From an uncultured Acidobacteriota bacterium (lineage in GTDB: Bacteria > Acidobacteriota > Thermoanaerobaculia > Gp7-AA8), in the NCBI GenBank assembly GCA_963822445.1, contig CAWGHO010000001.1, forward strand, positions 544,001 through 608,000: a stretch of DNA of 64,000 bases, given 5' to 3'. The notes below the pieces were generated by a model. It had not been told where the DNA came from, made no database searches, and worked only from the letters and a program-made list of their open reading frames with translations. Every line of letters starts with the position of its first letter. Position 1 is the first letter of the stretch. The translations under genes and the position numbers were made by a program. Below, piece by piece: positions 14,091 to 24,029 of this stretch.

Positions 14091-14961
14091 TCACATCCCC
14101 ACGGGATGCCAGACCGTCTTCGACTCCTGGAAGTCGTAGATGGCGTAGGGGCTCTGGGAGCGCGTCTCGTCGTCCCAACCTATCCTCGCGCCGTCGAAGT
14201 GCACCACCCGCTTCACGTTCTCCGCGGCGGCTTTCTGTGTAGCCGGGATCGCTTCAGCGGTCACGCCGGTGATGTCGATGGCGTTCACATCCATATGGGA
14301 CGCGAGCCACGGGACGAGCTCGCTCTTCAGGCCGGAGATCAAATTGATGACCCCGCCGGGTACATCCGAGGTCTCGAACGCCTCGGCCAGGGTGATGGCC
14401 GGCAGCGGACGCTTTTCCGAGGTGACGGCCACGACCGTATTGCCACCGACGATGGCCGGTGCAATTCGGCTGACCAGACCGAGCAGCGACGGCTCTTCGG
14501 GAGCGATCACGCCTACCACGCCAGTCGGCTCGGGAACGGTGAAGTTGTAATACGGGCCGGCCACCGGATTCACGGAGCCGAACGATCTGCGTGTATTTGT
14601 CGCTCCAGCCGGCGTAATAGACCCACCGATCGACGACCTGCTCCACTTCCCGCCGCGCCTCGGCCGCGCTCGAACCCTGCTGGCGCAACTCGTCAGTCAG
14701 TTCGGCAGCCCGCGCCTCGCACACCTCGGCGATGCGATAGAGGATCTGCCCGCGGTTGTACGCGGTCTTTCCGCTCCACCCGCCAAATGCCTTGCGCGCC
14801 GCGACGACGGCATTGCGCAGGTCTTTCCTCGATCCGCGGCAGGCGTTCGCGAGCAACTCTCCCCCTTTGCCGAGTACCGGATAGAAGCGTCCCGATTCGG
14901 TGCGCGGAAACTCACCATTGATGTACAGCTTGTAGGTCTTGCGGACGTTCAGTCTGGCCAT
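14091..14961 (-). CDS. Aldehyde dehydrogenase family protein (short partner subunit), frameshifted near 14585
   Basis: MARLNVRKTYKLYINGEFPRTESGR in one frame joins NPVAGPYYNFTVPEPTGVVG...ESKTVWHPVGM in another. Confidence 0.85.
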
Positions 14962-14963
14962 GA

Positions 14964-16457
14964 TTACGACAGATGCACGTACGGCGCGAGGCCGTGCAAG
15001 CCGCCTTCGCGTCCGAATCCCGATTCCTTGTATCCGCCGAACGGCGAGGTCGGGTCGAACTTGTTGTAGGTGTTCGCCCAGACCACGCCCGCGCGGAGCT
15101 TCGACGCCATCTTGAGAATGCGCGAGCCCTTGTCCGTCCAGACACCGGCCGACAATCCATACGGCGTGTTGTTCGCCTTTTCCAATGCCTCTTCCGGCGT
15201 GCGGAAAGTCAGCACGGACAGACCGGACCAAAGATTTCTTCCTGCGCGATGCGATACGACTGCGAAACGCCCGTGAAGAACGTCGGCGCGAACCAGTAGC
15301 CTCGCGCCGGCAGCGCGCATTGCGACTGCACCATCTCCGCGCCTTCTTCGACGCCGCTGTCGACGAGCTCGCGGATCTTGTCGAGCTGCATCCGCGAGTT
15401 GATCGCGCCGACGTCGGTGTTCTTGTCGAGCGGATTGCCGACGCGCAGCGTCTGAATGCGGTCGCGCAGTTTGCGGATCACCGGCTCGACGATCGATTCC
15501 TGCACGAACAGACGCGAGCCCGGCGCAGCAGACGTGGCCCTGATTGAAGTAGATGCCGTTGATGATGCCTTCGACAGCCTGGTCGATCGGTGCATCATCG
15601 AACATGATGTTCGGCGCTTTGCCGCCCAGTTCGAGCGTCAGCTTCTTTTCGTCCCGGCCAGTGCGCGTTGAATCCGCTTGCCGACTTCTGTCGATGCCGG
15701 TGAAGGCGATCTTGTCGACGTCGGGATGGGATACGAGCGCAGCGCCGGTTCCACCAGCGCCGGTGATGATGTTCACAACGCCCTGCGGCAAATCGGCTTC
15801 CTGGATGATCTCGGCGAGCATCAACGCGGTGAGCGGCGTCGTCTCGGCCGGCTTCAGTACGACCGTGTTTCCGGCTGCGAGTGCCGGCGCGATCTTCCAC
15901 GCCGCCATCAGCAGCGGAAAGTTCCAGGGGATGATCTGCCCTGCAACGCCGAGCGGTGCACGATTGCGATTCGGGAAACGCGTACTCGAGCTTGTCCGCC
16001 CAGCCCGCGTAATAGAAAAAGTGCGCCGCGGCAAGCGGGATGTCGATATCGCGCGACTCTTTGATCGGCTTGCCGCCGTCCATCGTCTCGAGCACCGCCA
16101 ATGCCCGCGACTTTTCCTGAATCAGCCGGGCGATGCGGAAGATGTATTTCGCCCGCTCGGACGGCCGAGCTTCCGCCACGATTTCTCATAAGCCCGCCGC
16201 GCCTCTTTGACGGCACGATCGACGTCTTCGGCATCCGCTTCAGCGACTTCAGCCAGCGTTTCTTCCGTCGCCGGATTGATCGTCTCGAACCATTTCTTCG
16301 AATGGGGCTCGACGAACTTCCCGCCGATGAAGAGATTCTGCTTTTTGGCGATCTTGACGTGATCGGTGGCCTCGATGGAGGGCGCGTACTCCCAGATCGC
16401 GGAGGAAGCGGCTCCCGGCGTAAGGCGCTCGCGAGTTTCGATTTCAGAGGTGGTCAT
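14964..16457 (-). CDS. Aldehyde dehydrogenase, multiply frameshifted
   Basis: Pieces in several frames: FETINPATEE, GQIIPWNFPLLMAAWK, LKPAETTP, LELGGK, NQGHVCCAG, EEIFGPV, PFGGYKESGFGREGG. Confidence 0.88.
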
Positions 16458-16459
16458 GA

Positions 16460-17415
16460 TCAATCAATCGTGAAGTAGTCGGCGGACTGATACGCGCCGG
16501 ACTGTTCTTTTCTGAGCTGCATGAGAATGTCATTGAGAAGGGAGCTGGCGCCGAGGCGGAAGAGATCGGGGTTCATCCACTCGCCGCCGAGGGTTTCATA
16601 GAGGAGGACGAGGTAGGCCAAGGCCAGCTTGGCATTGGCAATCCCGCCGGCCGGCTTCATCCCGATTTTCTTGCCCGTGGCATGGTGGAAATCGCGAATG
16701 GCCTCGAACATGACCAGCGTGACCGGCAGAGTGGCATTGACGTCACTTTTCCGGTCGAGGTCTTGATGAAATCGGCGCCGGCGTACATCGAAATGAGCGA
16801 CGCTTTGCGAACCTGGTCGTAATTGGCCAATTCGCCGGTTTCGAGAATGACTTTCAAGTGCGCGGGACCGCAGGCTTCTTTGACTTCCGCGACCTCGTCG
16901 AACACCTTTTGATAGTCGCCGGAGAGGAATGCGCCGCGATCGATGACCATATCGATCTCGTCGGCACCCGCGGCGACGGTCCGCCGGGTTTCCTCGATCT
17001 TGATCTCGGAGAAGGTCTGTCCGCTCGGGAACCCGGTCGCAACGGCGGCGGTCTTGACGCCGGTCCCCTTCAGCGCCTTATGAACGAAGGGCACCATCGT
17101 CGGATAGACGCAGACCGCGCCCACGTGAGGAATGGTGTGATCGGATGGATCGGGCCGGATTGCCTTCTGACACAGCGCGCGAACTTTGCCGGGCGTGTCT
17201 TTGCCCTCCAGCGTGGTGAGGTCGATCATGCTGATGGCCAGCTTGAGACCCCACACTTTCGCCTCTTTTTTCAGCGACCGTTTCGCCAGAGAGGCGGCCC
17301 GCTCTTCGAGGGCCACGGCATCGACGCCGTGCGCGAGCTCGAGGGCATCGCCGAGGCTGCGGCGAAACATCGCCGGCGCAAAGGTCGACGAGTGTGCAAC
17401 CAGTGATTCAGACAT
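16460..17415 (-). CDS. deoC: Deoxyribose-phosphate aldolase, one frameshift near 16742
   Basis: IDLTTLEG, AVCVYP, GADEIDMVI, LKVILETGEL, FIKTSTGK, then MKPAGGI and FRLGASSLL in the shifted frame. Confidence 0.92.
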
Positions 17416-17482
17416 GGGAGCGATAAGGTAGCAGAGATGCGCGTGCGGCGGGCATCTCGCCCGCCGGACGCGCGGCGTTCCC

Positions 17483-19514
17483 TTAATCGACGGGGGTTTC
17501 GGAGGGAGTCGGAGCCGTCGGCAGAGACGGGCTGCTCGCACGGCGGCGTCCGCCACCGGACAGGTCGGGGAGCAGCTCCCAGTTCGACCCGGTCCACTGC
17601 CAGTTTTCGGAGAAGTAGAAGCCGGCAAAGCCGCCGTAGAGCGTCAACCGCTTCGCGACCGGATCGTAGGCGACGCGGCCGTTCTGTCGCGGGTCGGGAG
17701 AGGTCGCCGGAGACAGCTTCGTCCACGTGCTCGCGGCGCCGTCCCACAGCCAGGTTTCGTTGTCGTAGAACTGGCGGCGGGATGTTTCCTTGTCGGGATC
17801 GGCCAGCTCGGACTTCATGCCGCCGAAGAGCAGCAGTTTGCCGGTGACCGGATCGATGGCGTACTGCGGTCCCAGCCGCTCGCCCGGGCGTGGTCGTGAC
17901 GTTCAGCTTCGTCCAGCCGGTGCCGGTGAACGCCCACATGTCGCTGAAGCGCTCGACGTGGTCTTCGATGCTGTCGCGACCGATGCCGCCGTAGATGAGG
18001 GTCTTCTTCTGCAGCGGGTCGTACCACATCGCATGCAGGCTCCGGTTATCCGGCTTGTCCTTCTTGACCTCGGTCCAGTTCGCGCCGTCCCAGGTCCAGG
18101 TGTCGTCGCGGAAGTCCTGCCCGTCGTAACCGCCGAACAGGATCACTTTCTTGAGGGTCTCGTCGTACACCAGCGTGCCGAAGCGGCGCGCGTCAGGCCT
18201 GTCTTTGGTGGTCTCGATCTTCTTGAAGGCCGCGCCATCGAACTCGTAGACGTCGATCTCGAGATCGCCGGACGGCCAGCAGGCGAAGACGACCTTCGAG
18301 CGATTCGTGTCGAAGACAGCCAGGGGTGCGTCGCACCGGCCCGGGACGTCTTTCGCGGCCTTCATGAACCACTGGCCGTTTCGCATGCCCCACATGTCCT
18401 CGAGGTAACTGCTGCTGTACTCGTTGAGGCCGCCGAAGAGCCAGACGGTCTGCGTCGCCGGATCGCTGGTCATGGTGAAGAGCGACCGCGGCGAGGGGCG
18501 CGCGTTGTTGATCCCGAAACGCCAGTTGGCGTTGCTGTAGAGAAGGGTGAGGCTCCGCGGCGTGGGAGAGCCGACTTCCGACCCGCCGTACAGCACGGTC
18601 GTCCCGCGCAACGCGTCATGACCGAGCGAGGCAGCGACGATGCGGCCGAGGGACATCGTCTTGATCTCTGTCCAGGTCGTGCCGTTCCATTCCCAGGTCT
18701 TGTCGAGAGCGACGCCGCAATTGCCGCCGATCGACATCAGCGTGTTGTTGTGGCTCTGGTAAACCATCACCGAGTCGTTCGCGCAGTCCGGAAGCGTCTC
18801 CGGCGTCAGCTTGACCCAGGCCTTGGCCACCGCGTCGAAGCGATACATCGCCGTTTTCGACTCGGCGTCGAGGCCGAGGAGGATCGTCTGGTTCCGGGCC
18901 GCGTCGTAGGCCATCGTCGGCCGGGTCAGCTTCACCGACTCATCGCCGACCTGGGTCCAGGTCGTGCCATCGAACTCCCACGTATCCGACTTCGTCGTGG
19001 GGGTGATGCCGTCCGTGCCGACGGTGAAACCGCCGTAGAGGACCATGCGGTCGCGCACGGAGTCGTAAGCCATGGCCGAAAGCTGACGGGGACCGGGCGT
19101 CGTCGCCGGATTGAGCTCGGTCCAGTCACCGTTGGCGTAAGCCCAGGTGTCGCCGAGGTCGTTGACCTCGCCAGTGGCCAGTCCGAGCTGCTCCCTGCCG
19201 CCGAACAGGACGATGCGGCCGCGGGCGGAGTCGTAGGCCATCACGTGCGCGCTGCGCGCGGAGGGGGTGTGCGCCGGGTAACGCTGCACCCAGCGAACGC
19301 CGGTCCAGGCCCAGGTCTCATCGGAGTCGTAGGCCCGCTGCGTGCCGTTGTCGAACGCGCTCGTGCCGCCGAAGAGGATCAGCTCGCCCCCCTGCGCATC
19401 GAAGGCCAGGCGCGCGTAGTTGCGCGGCGAGGGATTGGCTGCGAAGGCGTTTGCGGTGAGTAGGACGGCCGCCAGAGCGGCGAAAAGCAGTCGTTTCGGT
19501 GAGAAAACGCTCAT
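17483..19514 (-). CDS. Secreted kelch-repeat beta-propeller protein, frameshift near 17885
   Basis: Signal peptide; repeated units of AYD..R...vLFGG...DTWxWDG..W; the C-terminus continues in the 17483-17818 frame. Confidence 0.85.
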
Positions 19515-19705
19515 CCGTGAAGAGGCCTCGTCATCGTTTAATTGGTTGGTGCTCCGCGAGTTGCGCGCGGGCCGGTTTGGCGTCGATCCGAACCCGGCCC
19601 TTCGGGGGTAAATTCCGATTCGTTCCTGAGACGGATGAGCCCCAAAAAGGAAACGCGCCGGCGGTTCGGCCGGCGCGTTTCAGGTCACGAAATCGTGGTT
19701 CGCGG

Positions 19706-19939
19706 CTACTCGCCCGGTCGCGGGTGAACGCCGTACTGCTCGGCGATGCTCACCAGACGTTGTTCCACATCATCCCCGCCCAGCGTGGTGCGGATCTTCT
19801 CGATCTCGGCCATCTCCGCGTCCTCGAGAGCAAACCCGTGCGACTGCAGCGCTTCCTGCGGGCTGTCGATGAGCCGCCGCCGAAACTCGGGATGCTCGAT
19901 CGCCCGACGGACGACCGCCCCGATCATTTCATTTCGCAT
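19706..19939 (-). CDS. Small NHLP-clan (Os1348-like) protein, possible RiPP precursor-like
   Basis: 77 aa; IGAVVRRAIEHPEFRRRLIDSPQEALQSHGFALEDAE matches the NHLP leader pattern; GGAGG RBS. Confidence 0.7.
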   Translation of the reverse strand: MRNEMIGAVVRRAIEHPEFRRRLIDSPQEALQSHGFALEDAEMAEIEKIRTTLGGDDVEQRLVSIAEQYGVHPRPGE

Positions 19940-19982
19940 GCTTGTGCCTCCCGAAGGTGAGAGGAGCAAGAGGTGGGCCTGT

Positions 19983-20093
19983 GTTGCGGGGTTACGGGGG
20001 TGCGGGGTTACGGGGTTTCGCGGTTCGGGTCAGGCGCGACTCGTGACTGCAAACCTCGCAACCCCGAAACCTCGTAACCCCGAAACCCCGAAA
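19983..20093. repeat. Inverted array of 8-bp repeats (GGGGTTNC...GNAACCCC)
   Basis: 5-6 octamers on the left arm and 5 complementary octamers on the right; second copy at 60836-60927. Confidence 0.85.
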
Positions 20094-20094
20094 A

Positions 20095-21390
20095 TCAGCT
20101 CCGCCACCTCACCGTGACCAGCACTTCCTTCAGCTCCAGCGGAAAGCGGCTGTCGACGTCGTGCTGGGTGTACTCCGCGGTCACGTCCAGGCCATGTTTG
20201 AGGCCGACGCGGATGCCGGCGTCGACTTTCGCCCAGTCCCAAAAGACGCTCGGCGCGGGGAAAGTCGGCCCGACGAAGTCGTTGTCGATGACGCTGTAGC
20301 GGGCCGCGGGCTGGATGGACTCGATCCAGCCGAGATTGAGCGTAAACTGGTAGCCTAGCTCCACTTCCCATCCGAACCGCTCCAGCCCGGCTACTTCCTG
20401 CGTCGTGTACTGCGCCGTCCCGGCCAGACCGCCCCACTCGCCGTACAACCGCGCGCCGTACTCCTCTTTGTCGTCGCTGGTGATCGGCAGACTGCCCTGC
20501 CCGAACGCACCATCGAGCAGATCGATGTCGCCGTTGTAGAAGGTCCCGTAAAGATCCGCCGACTGGGCGAGCTCCCGTTTGTAATGAAAGACGATCAGAT
20601 CGAAACCAGCTCGCTGATCTTCGGTCTGCCAGCGATATCCGAGGGCTTCGCCGATCTCCACGTTTCCAGTCTCGAAGACCAGGCTCTCCACTTCGGCGTC
20701 GTACAGGATCGGAAAGCCGCTCTTGATGTCGACGCTCGGATTCGGCGGCACACGATTCGGCTTGCCGTTGTCCCCCGCCAGCGCGTTCGGATCGCGCATG
20801 AACACGGGATTCCCATTCGAGGCCTGCGCGCGCCAGTAGAAATTGCGGCCGACCGTGCCGCCGACGAGGAACTGCGTGTCTTCGAAGCGATTGAAGGACG
20901 TGGCCGCGAGGCCGTAGCTCTCGAGCAGGCGCGTCGGCTGCCGTTCCATCTTCGGGGCCTTGCCGGCCTGCGCGAAAAAGCTCGTGCCGCTCGGCCGGTC
21001 GAGCATCTCCGGCTTCTTTCCGACGCGGATGAACAGCTCATCGGCGTCGATCTGGCGATCGTTCGAGGTCGGATTCGCGCGATGCAGTGCCTGGGCGTGG
21101 ATCTTCGCGCGCGCCAGGAACCACTCGCCGTAACCGAGATCGAAGGTCACGTCGGCGACGTTCAGCTCGACGTGGCTTCCGGGGTCGGGCGTCTGTAGCA
21201 GCACGCGCGTCTGGCCCGGCGGGATGAAACTCGGTGGGAAGGGGAATGGAATCGGATGCGACTCTTCATCGCTCCATCGATAGTCGGCGCGAAGCTCGAA
21301 GCGGTGGCTCCAGGTCCAGGTGTTCTGCGCGAGAGCGGCCGGGCAAACGACGAGCAGCGCGATTACAGCGACAACCAACTTTTGCAGCAT
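20095..21390 (-). CDS. Outer-membrane beta-barrel/porin-like protein
   Basis: Signal peptide MLQKLVVAVIALLVVCPAALA, alternating amphipathic strands, C-terminal LVTVRWRS. Confidence 0.7.
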   Translation of the reverse strand: MLQKLVVAVIALLVVCPAALAQNTWTWSHRFELRADYRWSDEESHPIPFPFPPSFIPPGQTRVLLQTPDPGSHVELNVADVTFDLGYGEWFLARAKIHAQALHRANPTSNDRQIDADELFIRVGKKPEMLDRPSGTSFFAQAGKAPKMERQPTRLLESYGLAATSFNRFEDTQFLVGGTVGRNFYWRAQASNGNPVFMRDPNALAGDNGKPNRVPPNPSVDIKSGFPILYDAEVESLVFETGNVEIGEALGYRWQTEDQRAGFDLIVFHYKRELAQSADLYGTFYNGDIDLLDGAFGQGSLPITSDDKEEYGARLYGEWGGLAGTAQYTTQEVAGLERFGWEVELGYQFTLNLGWIESIQPAARYSVIDNDFVGPTFPAPSVFWDWAKVDAGIRVGLKHGLDVTAEYTQHDVDSRFPLELKEVLVTVRWRS

Positions 21391-21398
21391 GACGAATT

Positions 21399-23075
21399 CT
21401 AAACGGCCTCTGCCGCGCGCGGAAAACAAAGGCGGCAAAGCTCGAACCCATCGACGCTCGTCACTTCCATGCGCACGGTTCCCGTCAGCCGGCGCGCACT
21501 GACGCAAGTCGGCTGATGAACCTTGCGCGATTTCGACGAGGCGATGAAGGTCATCGGCCGCTCCTGGAGGATGGTCTCGACGTCGACGCGCAACGGCACG
21601 AGCTGCAGCGCCGGCAGTTCCCCATCCACGAACACGTATCGCCCCTCGGTCCACGAGAGCAGCTCCGCGATCTCATCCTGCATCTTGCTGCGCATCGCCT
21701 CGATCAGCTGATCCTCGGTGATCGCGCCGAGGATCAGCAGGATGCGGCCGAGGGCGAGCTGGGAGGCCTGCTTGATCTCGTTGGCCATCAACCGCTGCTC
21801 GCCGGTGATCGCGCCCGATGAAAGCAGTCGATTGGTGAGGAACTTCTCCGGATCGTTCGAGGCGCAGGAGAAGATCCGTCCCTCTTCGAAAAAGATCTCC
21901 TTCTCCGAATCGCCGCTGTGCACGATCAGCGTTCCGCTGCGCTCGTGGAAGGCCTGCTCGCGAAGGACGCCGATGATGCGCGTGTCGGCGAGCGGTCGCC
22001 AGGCGCGCTCGGGCGGCGCGGGCACGCTCACCTCTTCTTCTTCGATCACCGTCGTGCTGACGCGACGCAGTTCTTCCTCGGCCTTCTTGCGCCGCTCGAT
22101 CTCGTCGCGCAACGCGCCGGTCATGATCCGGAGCTCGGTCATCGTCTCTTCGCTCGAGCGGCGGAGGTCGTCGATGAGGTCGCGCAAGGACAACTGGACG
22201 CGCTGCTCTTTGTCGAGCTGTGTGCGGAGTTGTTCGATGAGCGGAGCGGTGTCGGGCGCTTTCGGCGCGGACGGAGTGGTAATCGTCTCGATATAGCCGC
22301 GCAACGCGCCCTCCGGCTTGTACGGCGCGAGCGTGCTGCGGATCCAGACGTGGCCGCCGTCGCGAGTCACGCGCCAGTCCTCCATCTCAACGCGCTGCGC
22401 CGCGGCGTTCTGCAGGACGGCGGTCGACTTCCCTTCCCAACTGTCCGCGTCGCGATACAGCGAGCGGCGGTTCTTGCCGATGATCTCGTCGCGTGAATAG
22501 CCGAAGAGCCGCTGTGCGCCGGCGTTCCAGCCGGTGATCACGCCGTGGGTGTCGGTGCGGATGACGGCGACGTCGACCAGTTGATCGATGACGGCGGCGA
22601 ACACACGGTCCGGTTCTGCTTTGCGCGGCGCAGATTGCGACTGCGACTGCGACTGGGACTGGGGTTCGTCGACGATGTAGATGAAGACCGCGGCGTCGCG
22701 CGCGACGGTCGTAAGCACTTCCAGCATGCGATAGCGGCCGGTCCGGGCCATGACCCGCTTTTCGAGGCGGTAGCTGTCGCAATCCGCGCCGAGCAGCCGT
22801 TTCATCAGCGGCAGCTCTTTCTTCGCGTCTTCGGGATGGGTGATTCCGTTGAACGAGACGCGGGCAAGCTCTTCGCGGCTGTAACCGACCAGCTCCTGAA
22901 AGCGATCGTTCATGAATAGCCAGTTGCCGTCGAGCGTGGCCACGGCGATTCCCACCGGCGCCAGCGCGATCGCGGCGCGAATGCGCTCTTCGCGCGGAAT
23001 CGCGCCGCGCTTCGCCGGCCGCACGCCCGGTTTCCGGACGAGGGAGATCACCTGGTCGACGAGGGGGATGCGCAT
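21399..23075 (-). CDS. PAS-PAS, coiled coil, DUF4388-like domain and C-terminal Ada-like metal-binding module
   Basis: ITHPED and WNAGAQRLFGYSRDEIIGK (PAS); RSGTLIV...IFFEEGRIFSC...LGRILL...W.EGRYVF (DUF4388); FIASSKSRKVHQPTC...GFELCRLC. Confidence 0.8.
   Translation of the reverse strand: MRIPLVDQVISLVRKPGVRPAKRGAIPREERIRAAIALAPVGIAVATLDGNWLFMNDRFQELVGYSREELARVSFNGITHPEDAKKELPLMKRLLGADCDSYRLEKRVMARTGRYRMLEVLTTVARDAAVFIYIVDEPQSQSQSQSQSAPRKAEPDRVFAAVIDQLVDVAVIRTDTHGVITGWNAGAQRLFGYSRDEIIGKNRRSLYRDADSWEGKSTAVLQNAAAQRVEMEDWRVTRDGGHVWIRSTLAPYKPEGALRGYIETITTPSAPKAPDTAPLIEQLRTQLDKEQRVQLSLRDLIDDLRRSSEETMTELRIMTGALRDEIERRKKAEEELRRVSTTVIEEEEVSVPAPPERAWRPLADTRIIGVLREQAFHERSGTLIVHSGDSEKEIFFEEGRIFSCASNDPEKFLTNRLLSSGAITGEQRLMANEIKQASQLALGRILLILGAITEDQLIEAMRSKMQDEIAELLSWTEGRYVFVDGELPALQLVPLRVDVETILQERPMTFIASSKSRKVHQPTCVSARRLTGTVRMEVTSVDGFELCRLCFPRAAEAV
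22633..22662. repeat. In-frame 6-bp tandem repeat encoding a QS-repeat linker
   Basis: GATTGC-GACTGC-GACTGC-GACTGG-GACTGG. Confidence 0.7.
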
Positions 23076-23151
23076 GGTGGGAGGGGGTGGATTGTACCTC
23101 TGTCGTCGCGAGGGGCGACGCGATCGACATCCAGCCGCAAAATCTGAGAAC

Positions 23152-23400
23152 TTCAGCGAAGTCGCTGAAAACACCAGCAGCCAGACCGCCATCGTTCACT
23201 GATTCGCTGAAAGGCATCGCAACGTCGGCTGCTATTTAAGCTAAGTCGCTGAAATGCGACACGAACGACGTTGCCTCTCTTGATGTATCGGGCCACAGTT
23301 TCAGCGAACTTGCTTGAAACGCAGGGGACATCGCTGATTTTTAATCGAGTTCGCTCAAGTCTCACGCGCTCAGGGTCAATTTTTCAGCATATTCGCTGCC
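23152..23400. promoter_or_regulatory. Array of palindromic operator-like sites TTCAGCGA-NN-TCGCTGAA
   Basis: Exact half-sites at 23152, 23162, 23204, 23246 and 23300; near matches at 23331, 23383 and 23393. Confidence 0.7.
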
Positions 23401-23410
23401 GGAGAACGAA

Positions 23411-23779
23411 TTGAAGACACGCGAGTTTGGAGTGCGTTTGACGCAATATCGCGAGCGGCTGCAGCTGTCGATCACCGAGCTCGCCAACCGCCTCGGCGTC
23501 GACTACATGCAGATCTCCCGCTATGAAAAGGGGCAAAGCCTCCCATCGCTCGAGACCGCGATCCGTCTCGCGAAGGTCCTGCAGGTTTCCCTCGACGACC
23601 TGGCCACCGGAAGCGAGCCCCCCGAGCCCCCCATGTTCCGGAACGCGCGCCTCCTCAAGGCGATGCGCGAGCTCGACCAGATTCCGCCCGAGCGGCAGGA
23701 GCTCGCCCTGCGAGTCCTCGACACCGTCATCGCCGGCCACGAGCTCGAAACCCTCGGCGCCCGCCTGCGCCGCTCGTGA
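23411..23779 (+). CDS. XRE-family HTH transcriptional regulator
   Basis: TTG start after GGAG; LSITELANRLGVDYMQISRYEKGQSLPSLETAIRLAKVLQVSLDDL. Confidence 0.9.
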   Translation: MKTREFGVRLTQYRERLQLSITELANRLGVDYMQISRYEKGQSLPSLETAIRLAKVLQVSLDDLATGSEPPEPPMFRNARLLKAMRELDQIPPERQELALRVLDTVIAGHELETLGARLRRS

Positions 23780-23884
23780 GGGATCGCGTGGTCGGGTGCT
23801 CTGGTACTAGCGCGCAGTAAAGACGCTGCTCTGGGTTTCAGCCGCTGAGCCACAGACTGAGTTCTCTGTCGACGGCGCCGACCT

Positions 23885-23934
23885 TCGGCCCGTCACGCCG
23901 CAGGTCGCGGGGTCGAGCCCCGTCGGCCCCGCCA
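23885..23934 (+). pseudogene. Degenerate 3' half of tRNA-Asp(GTC), possible att remnant
   Basis: CGGC-CCGTCAC-GCCG anticodon arm, GCGGG-GTCGAGC-CCCGT T arm (T54 to G) and CGGCCCCGCCA end; no 5' half. Confidence 0.75.
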
Positions 23935-24029
23935 AATGTTGCTCACCAGGCGCCGCTTTAGCGGCTTTCGTGTCGCGAAGAGCGGGACATCCGGCAGCTC
24001 GAGGACGAGCAGGAACGCCTCCCGAGCTG

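Noticed and set aside
14091-17415. Programmed ribosomal frameshifting in deoC/ALDH
   Set aside because: Too many breaks and no consistent slippery sites; error or decay is simpler
23152-23400. CRISPR mini-array interpretation of the palindrome cluster
   Set aside because: Units are only about 18 bp, degenerate and irregularly spaced, and there are no cas genes
23885-23934. Functional tRNA-Asp (also 50968-51026)
   Set aside because: 5' acceptor and D-arm sequence missing, T-loop or stems mutated; kept only as remnants
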